A stretch of DNA of 64,000 bases from Candidatus Peregrinibacteria bacterium (GCA_963708185.1 OY970195.1:640001-704000); one strand, 5' to 3'; shown: positions 29,746-39,971, counted from the stretch's first letter. Numbers and translations: made by a program. The notes: a model not told the origin generated them from the sequence alone.

Positions 29746-30888
29746 ATGGACCACCGTCTCACCTGGATCGAAATTTCCCGTTCAAATCTTGACCATAACG
29801 TCAAGGTTTTCCGCGACCTTGTCGGAAAAGATCGTATTCTCTGCCCTGCGGTCAAAGCCAACGCCTATGGCCACGGGCTTACGGTTTGCGGACCTTTGAT
29901 GGTGGAGTCGGGCGCGGACTGGCTGGGAGTGAACGCCCTTTTTGAAGCTTTGGATTTGAGGCAAAGCGGTGTTAACGCGCCCATTTATATTATGGGGTAT
30001 ATTCCTCTGGAAGAACTGCCCGTGGCCGTTGAAAACGGTTTTCATTTTGTTGTCTACAATACTGAAACCCTCCACGAACTGGCACTTATTACCAGGAAAC
30101 TTCAGCGTCCGGCGCTGACGCATTTGAAAGTCGAAACCGGCATTCATCGCCAGGGCGTCCATGCAGACGAACTTGATGAAGTTCTGGATCTTTACCGCAA
30201 TAATCCTTTGATAACAATGGAAGGAGTTGCCGCTCACTTCGCGAACATTGAAGATACCACTGACCACAGTTTTGCTGAACTCCAGCTCAAAAATTTTGAA
30301 AACATCACGGAGAGCATCCGCAAGGAAGGGTTTGAACCGAAATATATCCATACGGCGAACACCGCCGCCACGATCCTATTCCCCAAAACCCATTTCACCA
30401 TGGTGAGAACGGGTGTGGGCAACTACGGCATGTGGCCTTCGAATGAAACCTACGTTTCCGCGCTCCAGGAAGGGAAAAAGATTGTATTGAAACCCGTGAT
30501 GACCTGGAAAACTAAAGTGGCTCAGGTCAAAAAAGTGAAGGCAGGTTCCTATGTCGGTTACGGCTGTACGTATAAAACGGGGAGAGATTCAAGAATCGCC
30601 ATTCTTCCTGTGGGCTATTATGACGGCTATGACCGAAAACTTTCCAATAACGGTTACGTTCTTTTACGCGGGAAACGCGCTCGCTTATGCGGACGCGTAT
30701 GCATGAACATGATCATGGTCGACGTGACGGATATTCCTGAAGTTCGGATTGAAGATGAAGCCGTACTGCTGGGACGCCAGGGGGAAGAAGAGGTTTCAGC
30801 AGAACAACTGGCCCAGTGGATCGGCACCATCAACTATGAAGTGACGACCCGAATCAACGAAGGTATCCTGCGAAAAGTGGTGCGTTAA
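29746..30888 (+). CDS. alr: Alanine racemase
   Basis: AVKANAYGHG, HLKVETG, VGYYDG, GRVCMN, GTINYEV. Confidence 0.97.
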   Translation: MDHRLTWIEISRSNLDHNVKVFRDLVGKDRILCPAVKANAYGHGLTVCGPLMVESGADWLGVNALFEALDLRQSGVNAPIYIMGYIPLEELPVAVENGFHFVVYNTETLHELALITRKLQRPALTHLKVETGIHRQGVHADELDEVLDLYRNNPLITMEGVAAHFANIEDTTDHSFAELQLKNFENITESIRKEGFEPKYIHTANTAATILFPKTHFTMVRTGVGNYGMWPSNETYVSALQEGKKIVLKPVMTWKTKVAQVKKVKAGSYVGYGCTYKTGRDSRIAILPVGYYDGYDRKLSNNGYVLLRGKRARLCGRVCMNMIMVDVTDIPEVRIEDEAVLLGRQGEEEVSAEQLAQWIGTINYEVTTRINEGILRKVVR

Positions 30889-30981
30889 CTCTCTTTGAAA
30901 AAACCGGTCTTTGTGGTGTGGCTTTTTCCTTGACGCTGAGAGGAGTTTTCACTAGAATTGTAGGGCTTTTTTAGCTGTTTT

Positions 30982-32232
30982 ATGCCATTTTTTAGACGTT
31001 TACCTCAAGCGCGGGGGAATTATTACGTAGCTCTGGATATCGGTACTGAATTTGTGAAAGCGCTTCTGTGCAAGGCTGAAGGGACCAAAGGAAGGGTTTT
31101 GGGCGTGGGCAGAAAACGTCAGCGACTCGGCGATATGCAAAGCGGCGCGGTGACCGACATCGCTTCCGTTATCAACAACTGCCAGGAAGCCATCCGTGAT
31201 GCCGAAAAGATGGCCGGTGCAAGCGCTTCCAAACTGATCATGGGCATTGCCGGAGAACTGGTCAAGGGTGCCACGACCACCATCAGCTACACGCGCCGCG
31301 AACCGGATACGAAGATCGATCTTTCTGAATTGAAGAACATCGTGCATAAAGTGCAATGGAAGGCTTTCGATGAAGTCCGATCACAACTCGCTTTTGAAAC
31401 AGGATACAACGAAATCGACGTCAAACTCGTCAACGCCGCGATCGTCGGCGTGTTCATTGACGGATATAAAGTGGCCAATCCGCTGGGGTTCCAGGGCAAA
31501 GAAGTGACGATTTCAATTTTCAACGCGTTCGCCCCGCTCGTGCATTACGGTGCCCTGCAGACGATCGCGGCGGAACTCGATATGGATCTGCTGGCGATCA
31601 CCGCCGAACCTTATGCCGTTTCCCGCTGCATGGCGTACGAAGACGGAGGAAATTTCAGCGCTATTTTTGTAGACATCGGAGGCGGAACCACCGACATCGC
31701 CGTGGTTCGCAATGGCACAGTGGAAGGCACAAAAATGTTTACGCTTGGCGGACGGACCTTCACCAAGCGCCTCGCACAATCTTTAAATATCTCTTTTGAA
31801 GAAGCCGAGGAAATCAAACTGGCTTATTCCAATGAACGGCTTGAAAAGCAATCGCACAAAATAGTCCGTGAAGCCATGAAAAGCGATTGCGAAGTCTGGC
31901 TTTCCGGCGTGGCCCTGACGCTTAGTGATTTTGAAAACGTCGACATTCTGCCTTCAAAAATTCTTCTCTGCGGAGGCGGCTCACATCTCCCCGAAATCAA
32001 GGAAGTGCTGGAAACGAGAGAATGGACGCAAAAACTCCCCTTCCCCAAAAAACCACACATTACGTTCATGCAGCCGAAAATGATCATGAACATGTCCGAT
32101 GAAACGAAAACCCTCAAAGACATGGAGGATGTCACACCCCTCGCGCTTGCAAATATCGCCCTTGAATATATCGGCGAAGAACAGATTCTGGCAAAACTTC
32201 TCAAGAAAGTCGTCCGTTTGATTCAAATTTAG
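30982..32232 (+). CDS. FtsA-like actin-family ATPase
   Basis: ALDIGT, G.VTDI, VDIGGGTTDIA, AEEIKL, LCGGGS; no ftsZ adjacent. Confidence 0.85.
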   Translation: MPFFRRLPQARGNYYVALDIGTEFVKALLCKAEGTKGRVLGVGRKRQRLGDMQSGAVTDIASVINNCQEAIRDAEKMAGASASKLIMGIAGELVKGATTTISYTRREPDTKIDLSELKNIVHKVQWKAFDEVRSQLAFETGYNEIDVKLVNAAIVGVFIDGYKVANPLGFQGKEVTISIFNAFAPLVHYGALQTIAAELDMDLLAITAEPYAVSRCMAYEDGGNFSAIFVDIGGGTTDIAVVRNGTVEGTKMFTLGGRTFTKRLAQSLNISFEEAEEIKLAYSNERLEKQSHKIVREAMKSDCEVWLSGVALTLSDFENVDILPSKILLCGGGSHLPEIKEVLETREWTQKLPFPKKPHITFMQPKMIMNMSDETKTLKDMEDVTPLALANIALEYIGEEQILAKLLKKVVRLIQI

Positions 32233-32234
32233 CT

Positions 32235-34127
32235 ATGACGAAGGACAACAAAAAAAATCCGAAATCATCCAAAAGTGATGGCGACAAGAAGTTCGCCACC
32301 AAGCGTATTGGTGATACGGAAGAGCTTGAAGAGGTCGTCGAGGACGAGAAAAAAACAAAAGCCGGCAGAGCCAAGAAAGTCCTCTACACCGAAATAGACG
32401 ATGAAGTCACTTCCATTTACGACAAGCTCAAGCAGCTGAAAATGAAAAACATCTACATCGTGGTCCCCCGACGGGCGATCGTTTTTCAAAGTATCGTCAA
32501 TCTGAAAATTCTCAAACGTAAAGCAGAAGATCTCGAGAAAAATATTTATATCATCACCAACGATCCCAACGGCATCAAACTGGCAAAACAGGTCGGACTG
32601 GTGGTCTACGACAAACTTGAAGGGCATGAACATCCGAGTCTGGTTTCCGGAAAATTCCTGGAGGACCAGATGAACATCAGTCCGCTGAAAGCCAGCGTGA
32701 ACGCGCTTGAAGATGAACGCCCTATCCGCCAGACGGAGAAAAAGTTTTCGATTTCCGACCTCATCCGGAAGGGGAAAAAACATGGCATGCGACTTTTACC
32801 GAAAAATCTTCCGTTGAAGAAAAACAAAGTTGGTGAAGGGAAGAAGAACGAATCCGACAAAGGCCGGCTCGTTCTTGAGGCTCCGAACCGCCAGGCACTG
32901 GTGGCCTTGGTCGTCGTCAGCATCATCATCCTTCTGACCATCACCTATATCGCTCTTCCCGGGGCAACGATCAAGCTGGTCCCGAATTCCGACGTGCTTC
33001 AGACGTCGGTCAACATCACCCTGGCCGACAATGACGCCAACCGCGGAGAACTCGACACCCACCCCCTCCACGAAATTGCCAGCTACACCATCACGACGAC
33101 GATCAAGCGTCCGCTGCAGTACGCCGCGACCGGCAAAGATTTCCAAGGAGAAAACGCCAAAGGCGTCATCACCATCATCAACACCAGCAACCAGGACTGG
33201 CCGCTGCTTCCTCACACCAGATTCCAGACCTCCGACAACCTGATTTTCCGCAGCAACGACTATATTACGGTTCCAGCCCAACAGGGTGATACTCCAGGGA
33301 CCATCGACGTCCCCGTGGAGGCCGACCAGCTCGATGCGGTGGGGCAGGTCGCGGGTGACCGTGGAAACATCGGTCCGGCGAAATTTTTCCTTCCAGGACT
33401 TTCGGCAGAAAATCAGAAAAAACTTTACGCTGAGAGTAAAAATCCAATGACTGGCGGAAAAACCATCGTCACGAAATTCATTACGAAAGACGATATCAAC
33501 GCGGCCAAGGATAAGCTTCAGACCGATTTGAAAAACTCGGCCCAGGCCGAACTTCAGGCAACGGTGACCAAGCGTAATGATACCGATAAAACCAACCTCG
33601 TGCTCCTGGTCGGAGACAATGCGTTCCAGACCACCCAGCCCAAAATCACCGTCCCCGCCAATCTGGAAAACCAGAAACTGGACAGTTTTGAGATCCAGGG
33701 AGAACTTGTTGCCACGGGAATCGCTTACAACCGCGACGAGCTCATGAACATGCTCAAAACCGAGCTGAAACTCAAGCAAAACCCGGAAAAGAAACTGGTG
33801 CATATTGACGAGGATTCTTTGACCTATCGCATCGTTGATACCGACGCAACGGCCAAGAAAGTAAAAATTACGGCTTCGATCAAAGGGATTGAAGAGTTCG
33901 AAGTCGATCCTGAAAAAGAGAATGGCGCGAGGATCGTCCAGAAGATCAAAGACCACGTTGTGGGTCATCAGATCAGTGAAGCCCGCGATTATATTCAGAA
34001 CCTTCCCGAGATCAATAAAGTCACCATCGACAGCTGGCCGGCCTGGGCTCCGACGATGCCGAACGTTCCCGACAATATCAAGATCGAAGTCGAGAGCGAC
34101 GTCAGCGGTGATAACACCACCAATTAA
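32235..34127 (+). CDS. Single-TM protein with extracellular baseplate-J-like domain
   Basis: N-terminal DDEVTSI..K..NLKILKR domain; TM+LPGATI; ATG..AKG.ITI.N, TRF, V.V.A...G..GNI, MTGG. Confidence 0.8.
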   Translation: MTKDNKKNPKSSKSDGDKKFATKRIGDTEELEEVVEDEKKTKAGRAKKVLYTEIDDEVTSIYDKLKQLKMKNIYIVVPRRAIVFQSIVNLKILKRKAEDLEKNIYIITNDPNGIKLAKQVGLVVYDKLEGHEHPSLVSGKFLEDQMNISPLKASVNALEDERPIRQTEKKFSISDLIRKGKKHGMRLLPKNLPLKKNKVGEGKKNESDKGRLVLEAPNRQALVALVVVSIIILLTITYIALPGATIKLVPNSDVLQTSVNITLADNDANRGELDTHPLHEIASYTITTTIKRPLQYAATGKDFQGENAKGVITIINTSNQDWPLLPHTRFQTSDNLIFRSNDYITVPAQQGDTPGTIDVPVEADQLDAVGQVAGDRGNIGPAKFFLPGLSAENQKKLYAESKNPMTGGKTIVTKFITKDDINAAKDKLQTDLKNSAQAELQATVTKRNDTDKTNLVLLVGDNAFQTTQPKITVPANLENQKLDSFEIQGELVATGIAYNRDELMNMLKTELKLKQNPEKKLVHIDEDSLTYRIVDTDATAKKVKITASIKGIEEFEVDPEKENGARIVQKIKDHVVGHQISEARDYIQNLPEINKVTIDSWPAWAPTMPNVPDNIKIEVESDVSGDNTTN

Positions 34128-34258
34128 TTTCTTATTTTCGTTTGTTTTCGAAACCATTGATCATGGGTCTTTTTGTGTACGCTTCGAGCCTGAAGCGTTG
34201 ACAAAAGTACTTTTTTATGATATAAAGATTCCCTTCGTTTTTTCATTTTTCCATTTCA

Positions 34259-35422
34259 ATGTTTTTCGGCATTTTTTCTTCTCCTACAAGCCAAAAGGCG
34301 CTAAAAAAAACGCAGAAACTGCTCGTTGGATTTTTCGTTGTGGGATTCAGCTTCTTTGGCGGCCAACTGGAGCCGGTTTTTGCCGAATTCAACAGCATGC
34401 TCGCCCCAACGGATTACACGCCTTCAAGCTATATTCCTCCCAATTACGATGCCTTTGACCACGACTATTACCGTCCTCCGGTGTATGATGAGGTTCCCAA
34501 TACGCCTCCCGAAGCCGATTTCACCATCTACAACGACCAAAACGGATTGCAGAGCCAGGCCCGTGGCACCACCTCGACCCGCTTTACTTTCGACGCCAGC
34601 AACTCCAGCGACAACGAAACCGACATCAGCGATCTAGAAGTCCGCTGGGATTTTGAAAACGACGGTGTGCTCGACAGCTATTTTTCGAGGACAAAGACGA
34701 TCGAACATACTTTCAAAACGGCGGGCGTTTATACGGTCAAACTTCAAGTCCTGGATCCTGCCGGCAACATTTCAAGCACCACCCATACCGTAACGGTCGC
34801 CAACAATACCCCCCCGGAGGCGTACTTCGTCGTTGAACCGACCAGCGGAACGGAACAGACCATTTTCCATTTCGACACTTCCCGTTCAAGAGACGACCAA
34901 TACATGCCGTATTCCCTTGTGTACCGTTTTGACTGGAACGGCGACGGAACATGGGATACCAGCTACCAGGACAAGACCGACTGGAATCACCGCTTCAATA
35001 CCTCCGGAACATTCAAAGTCATCATGGAAGCCAAAGATCCGGAAGGTGCAACCGGGCAATATTCAGCCGTTGTGAGCACCGCCCCGAACACTCCGCCGTT
35101 TGCCAATTTCAGCCTGCAAGCCATTCCAAACAGCCAGGGCGTTGGTTATGAATTCAATGCGTCTTCAAGTACCGATGCGGAAACCGCCCACAACAACCTG
35201 CTCTATCGTTGGGATTTCAACTACAACGGGCCAGATGATATCGTGTACGACACCGACTGGAGCAGTTCCGACCGTTACAGCGGATACTACAGCATTCCAG
35301 GAACCAAAGTCATCAAGCTTGAGGTAAAGGATGAAGACGGGGCGATCAGCCGAGCCTATGCCCAGATCAACGTCAGCTGGACCGAAACGATGGCCAAACA
35401 GTTGATGACGGGCTTGAGATAG
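34259..35422 (+). CDS. Secreted PKD-domain protein (3 PKD repeats)
   Basis: Three NTPP.A.F...F.FDAS.S.D.E...L..RWDF..DG repeats. Confidence 0.9.
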   Translation: MFFGIFSSPTSQKALKKTQKLLVGFFVVGFSFFGGQLEPVFAEFNSMLAPTDYTPSSYIPPNYDAFDHDYYRPPVYDEVPNTPPEADFTIYNDQNGLQSQARGTTSTRFTFDASNSSDNETDISDLEVRWDFENDGVLDSYFSRTKTIEHTFKTAGVYTVKLQVLDPAGNISSTTHTVTVANNTPPEAYFVVEPTSGTEQTIFHFDTSRSRDDQYMPYSLVYRFDWNGDGTWDTSYQDKTDWNHRFNTSGTFKVIMEAKDPEGATGQYSAVVSTAPNTPPFANFSLQAIPNSQGVGYEFNASSSTDAETAHNNLLYRWDFNYNGPDDIVYDTDWSSSDRYSGYYSIPGTKVIKLEVKDEDGAISRAYAQINVSWTETMAKQLMTGLR

Positions 35423-35540
35423 AGATTTTTGACTTTGCTCGACGGATTCACTTTTCATCTCTTGATGGGTTGGTTTTTTTGCAGTTTTATGGTACAATAA
35501 TATGAAATAAAAATTTCTAACAAATTTTAAAAACAAAATT

Positions 35541-37154
35541 ATGAAAAAGTTTTTTCATTTCAAGGTCGCTGCTCCATCAATCGCAGCCCTCGCCGTCGTG
35601 GCGCTCACAACATTTACGGTTTTCGCACAGCCGTCCTCGACTCCTACAGGAGGAAATGTTGATGCACGTTTCGATACTATTGGTGTTGGTGTATTGGGTT
35701 CTGAGAATCTTCTGATTGATTCAAGCGGTTATATTTCTAACCCGGGTACAAACGCAGGAGGTACGGTGGGGTTCAACGATCCAGATGGTGTAACAAGTAC
35801 AACGACATCCTCTACTGCTATAAAGGGAATATCTACAGATGGTGTCGGTGTTGCCGCTAATTCTACAAATGGAAACGCTATTTCTGGGAATTCAACCAAT
35901 GGAATTGGTGTTTCCGGTTCTTCTACCAACAGCAACGGGGTTCAAGGTACAGCCTCAGGCAGTGGTTACGGTGTGATGGGTAGCGGTAGTACTGGAAGTA
36001 TCGGTTATCTCGGTGCTCCACACTATGGCGTTTATGGTTTGGGCGGTGATGTTGGTGTTTGGGGAGGAAGCAATGCCGTAAGTGGTGTTGGCGTAAGTGG
36101 TGTTGGGAGTACTAATGCGATAGCTGGTGTTCAAGGAACAATTAACGTTTCGAATGGATTTGGAATAATCGGACACGCTTCCGCTATCAATAGTACAGCC
36201 ATAAAAGGACAGGTTGATGTTGGTGAAACCGGCAGTAGTGCCGGGTATTTTGCTAACATTCCTTCAAGTAATTCAGTGAGTCTTGGTACTGATACGAATT
36301 CTATCGTTGCTAATGGAAATACATTGGTTAACGGACTGGCGCAATTCCACAGGACTACCGCCTCTCAATGTGACAGCAGAATCAATGGAAGTAATATGAG
36401 TCTGACAAACTGTCCTGCCTCGGATAACGCTTTCCATTTTTTAAGCATGATTGATGCTTTTGGGGGAATCGGCAGTCAAAATTCTGGTGGGACCGACACA
36501 GCTCCACTCGCCGTCAAGGATGACAGTGGTCTGTCTGTTGGAAATGCTGCAGGAACTGTCGGGCTCGATATTGCCGCAGATGGGACGATCTTAAATCCCT
36601 CAACTTATACTAATTTCAGAGGTACTTTTGACAATCCCACGAAAATAGATGACAACCTGGATGTTACGGGATCTACGTCAACCGATTTTTTATCTGCTTC
36701 AGGAGGCGATTTCGGTTCGTATCTGCGCGCACATGGTGATTTTGTTGTCAGTCATATTTACCCGGCAGATTTTGATACTGATACACGTTTTGAAAACGGA
36801 GGTATTATTGTGAGTAACTCTGCCACCGGCGGAGGACCTGACAATATTAGTCTGTCAAAGGATGGACATGCAAAAGCTGTGAAAGGGTTCGGACAGATTT
36901 ATACGAAAAATGCATCATCAACAGTTAATATTGCAGCAAATACGTATTCTTTGGTTGGGAGTATTTCTTGCAACTCTTCAAATGACAGACTTATCAATGC
37001 TTACGTTACGGCGAGTGCAAATGTCTCTGTTGCAGACTGGTATAGCGTGACTCCATATTCGCTTTCACTCTACGCAAGGAACAATGGTTCCACTACTATC
37101 AACGGAGTTCAAGGACATATTATCTGTTGGAATCCTAACGGCAGTACTTGGTAG
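35541..37154 (+). CDS. Secreted Gly/Ser/Asn-rich fibre/adhesin-like protein (module 1)
   Basis: Signal peptide, PSSTPTGGNVD, GVxG repeats, ends ICWNPNGSTW. Confidence 0.8.
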   Translation: MKKFFHFKVAAPSIAALAVVALTTFTVFAQPSSTPTGGNVDARFDTIGVGVLGSENLLIDSSGYISNPGTNAGGTVGFNDPDGVTSTTTSSTAIKGISTDGVGVAANSTNGNAISGNSTNGIGVSGSSTNSNGVQGTASGSGYGVMGSGSTGSIGYLGAPHYGVYGLGGDVGVWGGSNAVSGVGVSGVGSTNAIAGVQGTINVSNGFGIIGHASAINSTAIKGQVDVGETGSSAGYFANIPSSNSVSLGTDTNSIVANGNTLVNGLAQFHRTTASQCDSRINGSNMSLTNCPASDNAFHFLSMIDAFGGIGSQNSGGTDTAPLAVKDDSGLSVGNAAGTVGLDIAADGTILNPSTYTNFRGTFDNPTKIDDNLDVTGSTSTDFLSASGGDFGSYLRAHGDFVVSHIYPADFDTDTRFENGGIIVSNSATGGGPDNISLSKDGHAKAVKGFGQIYTKNASSTVNIAANTYSLVGSISCNSSNDRLINAYVTASANVSVADWYSVTPYSLSLYARNNGSTTINGVQGHIICWNPNGSTW

Positions 37155-37183
37155 TAGAAAATCTGGCTTTACTTGTTAAACAT

Positions 37184-37214
37184 AAAAAGCTGTGTGAAAA
37201 TCACACAGCTTTTT
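37184..37214. terminator. Bidirectional intrinsic terminator
   Basis: aaaaagctgtgtga-aaa-tcacacagcttttt between convergent genes. Confidence 0.9.
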
Positions 37215-37255
37215 CGTTATCTCACTTTTTTATTTATCTCTCTATTGTTCGACCA

Positions 37256-37954
37256 TTATGAAGCCGGATTGCTTTTCTGATATGTTGTTTGACAGCTTGA
37301 TTTTGCATCGGCAAGCGTCGCTTTGTCGCACCATGTTATATCTTTATTATCGAGCGCTTTTTGCGTAAGAATGTTTGTTTCACAATCCATCTGATCACCA
37401 TAGATTGTCAATTCGCTACATCGACTGTAATCACCGCTTGAAATGATTTGTCCGGTCATTTTTTGGTCAGAAGCGAGTTGAGCCTGTTCCTGACTTTTTT
37501 GCTGTTCAGCAGTTTGCTGTTGTTGAATTTGAGCTTCAACCTTGATTTTACAGGCATCCTGGAGATCCTTTGTTGACATTTTTTCGCACAGTGAAGCATC
37601 AGGTTTTTGCAAAGCTTCCTGTTCGGCCATCTGATCAGACACTGCGGTTTTGCACTGATTCTTATAATCAGTAATGGTAATTTTATCGCAATAACTTGCA
37701 TCATTGAGTTGAAGAGCGGCATTATATGCAGCTTGATCTCTGGCATTTACGGTATTAATATTTTGCTGGGTTCCGGACACCTCCAATGATGCCGTGGAAC
37801 TTGCAGTATTCTGATTATTCTGAGTGGTTGCCGTTGTATTGGTCACCGGAGTATTTGTTCCCGCTGCGGGCGTTCCGGTTGTCGGGGTTTCCGCCGCACA
37901 TCCAAAGAGTGTAAGTGAAGCTGCAAGACATGTTGCTACAATTATTTTTTTCAT
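37256..37954 (-). CDS. Lipoprotein with Cys-pair repeats (module 1)
   Basis: MKKIIV...LFGC lipobox; four C-x10-C repeats (CDKI..NQC, CEKM..DAC, CSEL..MDC, CDKA..SSC). Confidence 0.85.
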   Translation of the reverse strand: MKKIIVATCLAASLTLFGCAAETPTTGTPAAGTNTPVTNTTATTQNNQNTASSTASLEVSGTQQNINTVNARDQAAYNAALQLNDASYCDKITITDYKNQCKTAVSDQMAEQEALQKPDASLCEKMSTKDLQDACKIKVEAQIQQQQTAEQQKSQEQAQLASDQKMTGQIISSGDYSRCSELTIYGDQMDCETNILTQKALDNKDITWCDKATLADAKSSCQTTYQKSNPAS

Positions 37955-38084
37955 AAATTGGTTTTATAAAATCTACATGTTATTTTAGCCGTTTCTTTCT
38001 TTCTTCTCAAGGATTTTGTTTCGGTTTAGGTTTTGTGGTAAATTATGTAAAGGTCGAAGGTTTACATTTCTTCGTTTTAATAAT

Positions 38085-38852
38085 ATGAAAAACAAATTTT
38101 CAATTTCGAGTTCAACTCTTGCCGCACTTCTTGTGGTCGGATTCACCGTTCTGCCCGTTTTGGCGACGGGACCTTCCGGTTCGCCGGTGAGCGGGAATGT
38201 TGACCCGCACTTCTCAACCATGACGGTGGGTACGGGTTCACCGGTCGGGTTCAGGATCGATTCTTCGGGCATCCTTTCCAATCCGGTGGCGACGCAACCT
38301 TTAACCATCAGTGACGCCCAGGGACTTCTGGTGACCGCCGGCGGAGGCAATCTGACCGTCTCCAACGGAGGCAACGTCAGCAACAGCGGAACCCTGAATG
38401 TGGGAAGCGACGCCAATGTGAGCGGGGACGCAACTGCTTTCGACCTCAATGCCTGGATCAACGTCAAAGCGCCGTTCGTGACGGGCACCTCCCATGTAAA
38501 GGGAGCTGAAATCGGCGCATATACCTGGTCAAAATTCATTTACGCCACCATCAATGCCGGAGCCGCGAAAAACTATCCGAGTGCGCTACCGAGCAGTTTC
38601 CTGACCTGTCCAAACGGCAACATCGCCATCGCCTGCAATTACGAAGCTTTTTCCGATGTCGCGAACTGTGGATCCGGAACAGCGAGTGTCCAATCCAACA
38701 ACGTGATTGCCACCAAGATCATGCTGGAACCGCAAGGCGGCGGATGGGGCGTTCCGAAATCGGGGGGATGGTGCAACGCTACGCTCAAAAATACCGGCGG
38801 ATCGCAGATCTGCGGAATGGTCTCTGTCGAATGCTGGGATCCTAACGGTTAA
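38085..38852 (+). CDS. Secreted adhesin-like protein, paralog of 35541 (module 2)
   Basis: Signal peptide, PSGSPVSGNVD, IDSSG..SNP, ends ECWDPNG; start corrected to ATG 38085. Confidence 0.8.
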   Translation: MKNKFSISSSTLAALLVVGFTVLPVLATGPSGSPVSGNVDPHFSTMTVGTGSPVGFRIDSSGILSNPVATQPLTISDAQGLLVTAGGGNLTVSNGGNVSNSGTLNVGSDANVSGDATAFDLNAWINVKAPFVTGTSHVKGAEIGAYTWSKFIYATINAGAAKNYPSALPSSFLTCPNGNIAIACNYEAFSDVANCGSGTASVQSNNVIATKIMLEPQGGGWGVPKSGGWCNATLKNTGGSQICGMVSVECWDPNG

Positions 38853-38864
38853 AACAACCGCCCC

Positions 38865-39284
38865 CTATTGTTCAAAGTTGATGCAGTTTTGAACGCCGTT
38901 TTCACTGGTCGTTGTTTTCTGACATTTTTCCTGCGTCGGAGTGGTTTGCAGGAGCGGCGGACTGTTTTTATCGCTCGCCTGCTGCACACAGAATTTCTTG
39001 TAGGCGTCGACCGTGATGGCGTCACAGAGTTTCGGATCTTTCGCCGCGTCAGCTTTCATGAAGGCATCCTGGTCAGCCAAAGAGACGTCTTCAGGTTTGA
39101 TGATCTTTTGCTCTGTCATCGTTCCACCGCCAAGGTCGGTGGTGTTCTGGATGGTAACGGTTGACGTCGACTGCGCGGTCGGTGAAGGCGTGGTCTGGTT
39201 TCCCTGCTGTGTCTGGCAGCCAGCCAGTACGGAAAGAGCCAGCGCCGTCATGGAAACGGCAAGGATTTTTTGTGTTTGCATCAT
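38865..39284 (-). CDS. Lipoprotein with Cys-pair repeat (module 2)
   Basis: VLAGC lipobox; DQDAF..A...KD.KLCDAITVDAYKKFC matches the module 1 repeat. Confidence 0.82.
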   Translation of the reverse strand: MMQTQKILAVSMTALALSVLAGCQTQQGNQTTPSPTAQSTSTVTIQNTTDLGGGTMTEQKIIKPEDVSLADQDAFMKADAAKDPKLCDAITVDAYKKFCVQQASDKNSPPLLQTTPTQEKCQKTTTSENGVQNCINFEQ

Positions 39285-39306
39285 AGGATATTTGTTAAAA
39301 ATTTTT

Positions 39307-39795
39307 TTAACCTAGACCAAGTTTCTTGCGGATCTCTTCCGCCTGCGCTTCGTCGGCGCTTTTCTTTTCTTCAGCCTTCTGGCTGAGTTCGATGTCCTGC
39401 CAGTCGTGCAAATGCTGGTCTTCAAGTTTCTTGAGCTGGTCCACGTGTTTCACGGAAAGTTCGGCGAATTTTCGGCGTTCCTCCTCAAAAATGCGGATCA
39501 ATTCATCGATTTGAGCCTGTTTGAGTTTGGGAACGGATTCGATGATGCGCTTTTTTTCTTCTTTGGTCAGAGAAATGGAACCCGCAAGAAGGTGCAGAAA
39601 ATACTGCTCGTCGAACTGAAGATTATGCGCGGGAATTTTTACGTTAATCGCTTTGGGAAGCTTTGAGCCGATCTGATAGTTCGCCGGGGTGGTGTCTTCC
39701 TGTTGTTGGGCAGGCGGGTTCGCGCCGGGAGGAAATCCAAACGGATTATCGTCCCCAGCTCCCTGTGCCGGCGGTGGGAAGGGTCCTTGTTGCAT
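39307..39795 (-). CDS. Conserved hypothetical helical protein (paralog of 55164)
   Basis: ATG 39795 downstream of tRNA-Val; Pro-rich N-terminus plus helical domain. Confidence 0.8.
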   Translation of the reverse strand: MQQGPFPPPAQGAGDDNPFGFPPGANPPAQQQEDTTPANYQIGSKLPKAINVKIPAHNLQFDEQYFLHLLAGSISLTKEEKKRIIESVPKLKQAQIDELIRIFEEERRKFAELSVKHVDQLKKLEDQHLHDWQDIELSQKAEEKKSADEAQAEEIRKKLGLG

Positions 39796-39810
39796 GATGT
39801 TGCGTTTATA

Positions 39811-39887
39811 TGGTGGAGATGAGAGGAGTCGAACCTCTGACCTCAACAATGTCAATGTTGCGCTCTAACCAACTGAGCTACATCTCC
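39811..39887 (-). tRNA. tRNA-Val (GAC)
   Basis: GGAGATG/CATCTCC acceptor, CAACA-TTGACAT-TGTTG arm, CCA. Confidence 0.97.
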
Positions 39888-39971
39888 TTGATTTTATACG
39901 AAAATTTTAAGTGGCGATCATTTCTTTAGGGCATGCTGTATTGTAGCAGATTGTCCTTATGAGTAAAGACC

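Noticed and set aside
32235-34127. Prophage or contractile injection system
   Set aside because: Only a baseplate-J-like domain; no other structural, integrase or sheath genes, and host-like context.
32796-34157. Long antisense ORFs (also 62201..63565, 58324..59409, 50177..51190, 4398..5306)
   Set aside because: Shadow frames of real genes caused by codon bias; no recognisable motifs.
35541-39284. Diversity-generating retroelement target
   Set aside because: No reverse transcriptase and no TR/VR pair differing only at adenines was seen in the window.
39796-39855. N-terminal extension of ORF 39307..39855
   Set aside because: Overlaps tRNA-Val; ATG at 39795 is more plausible.
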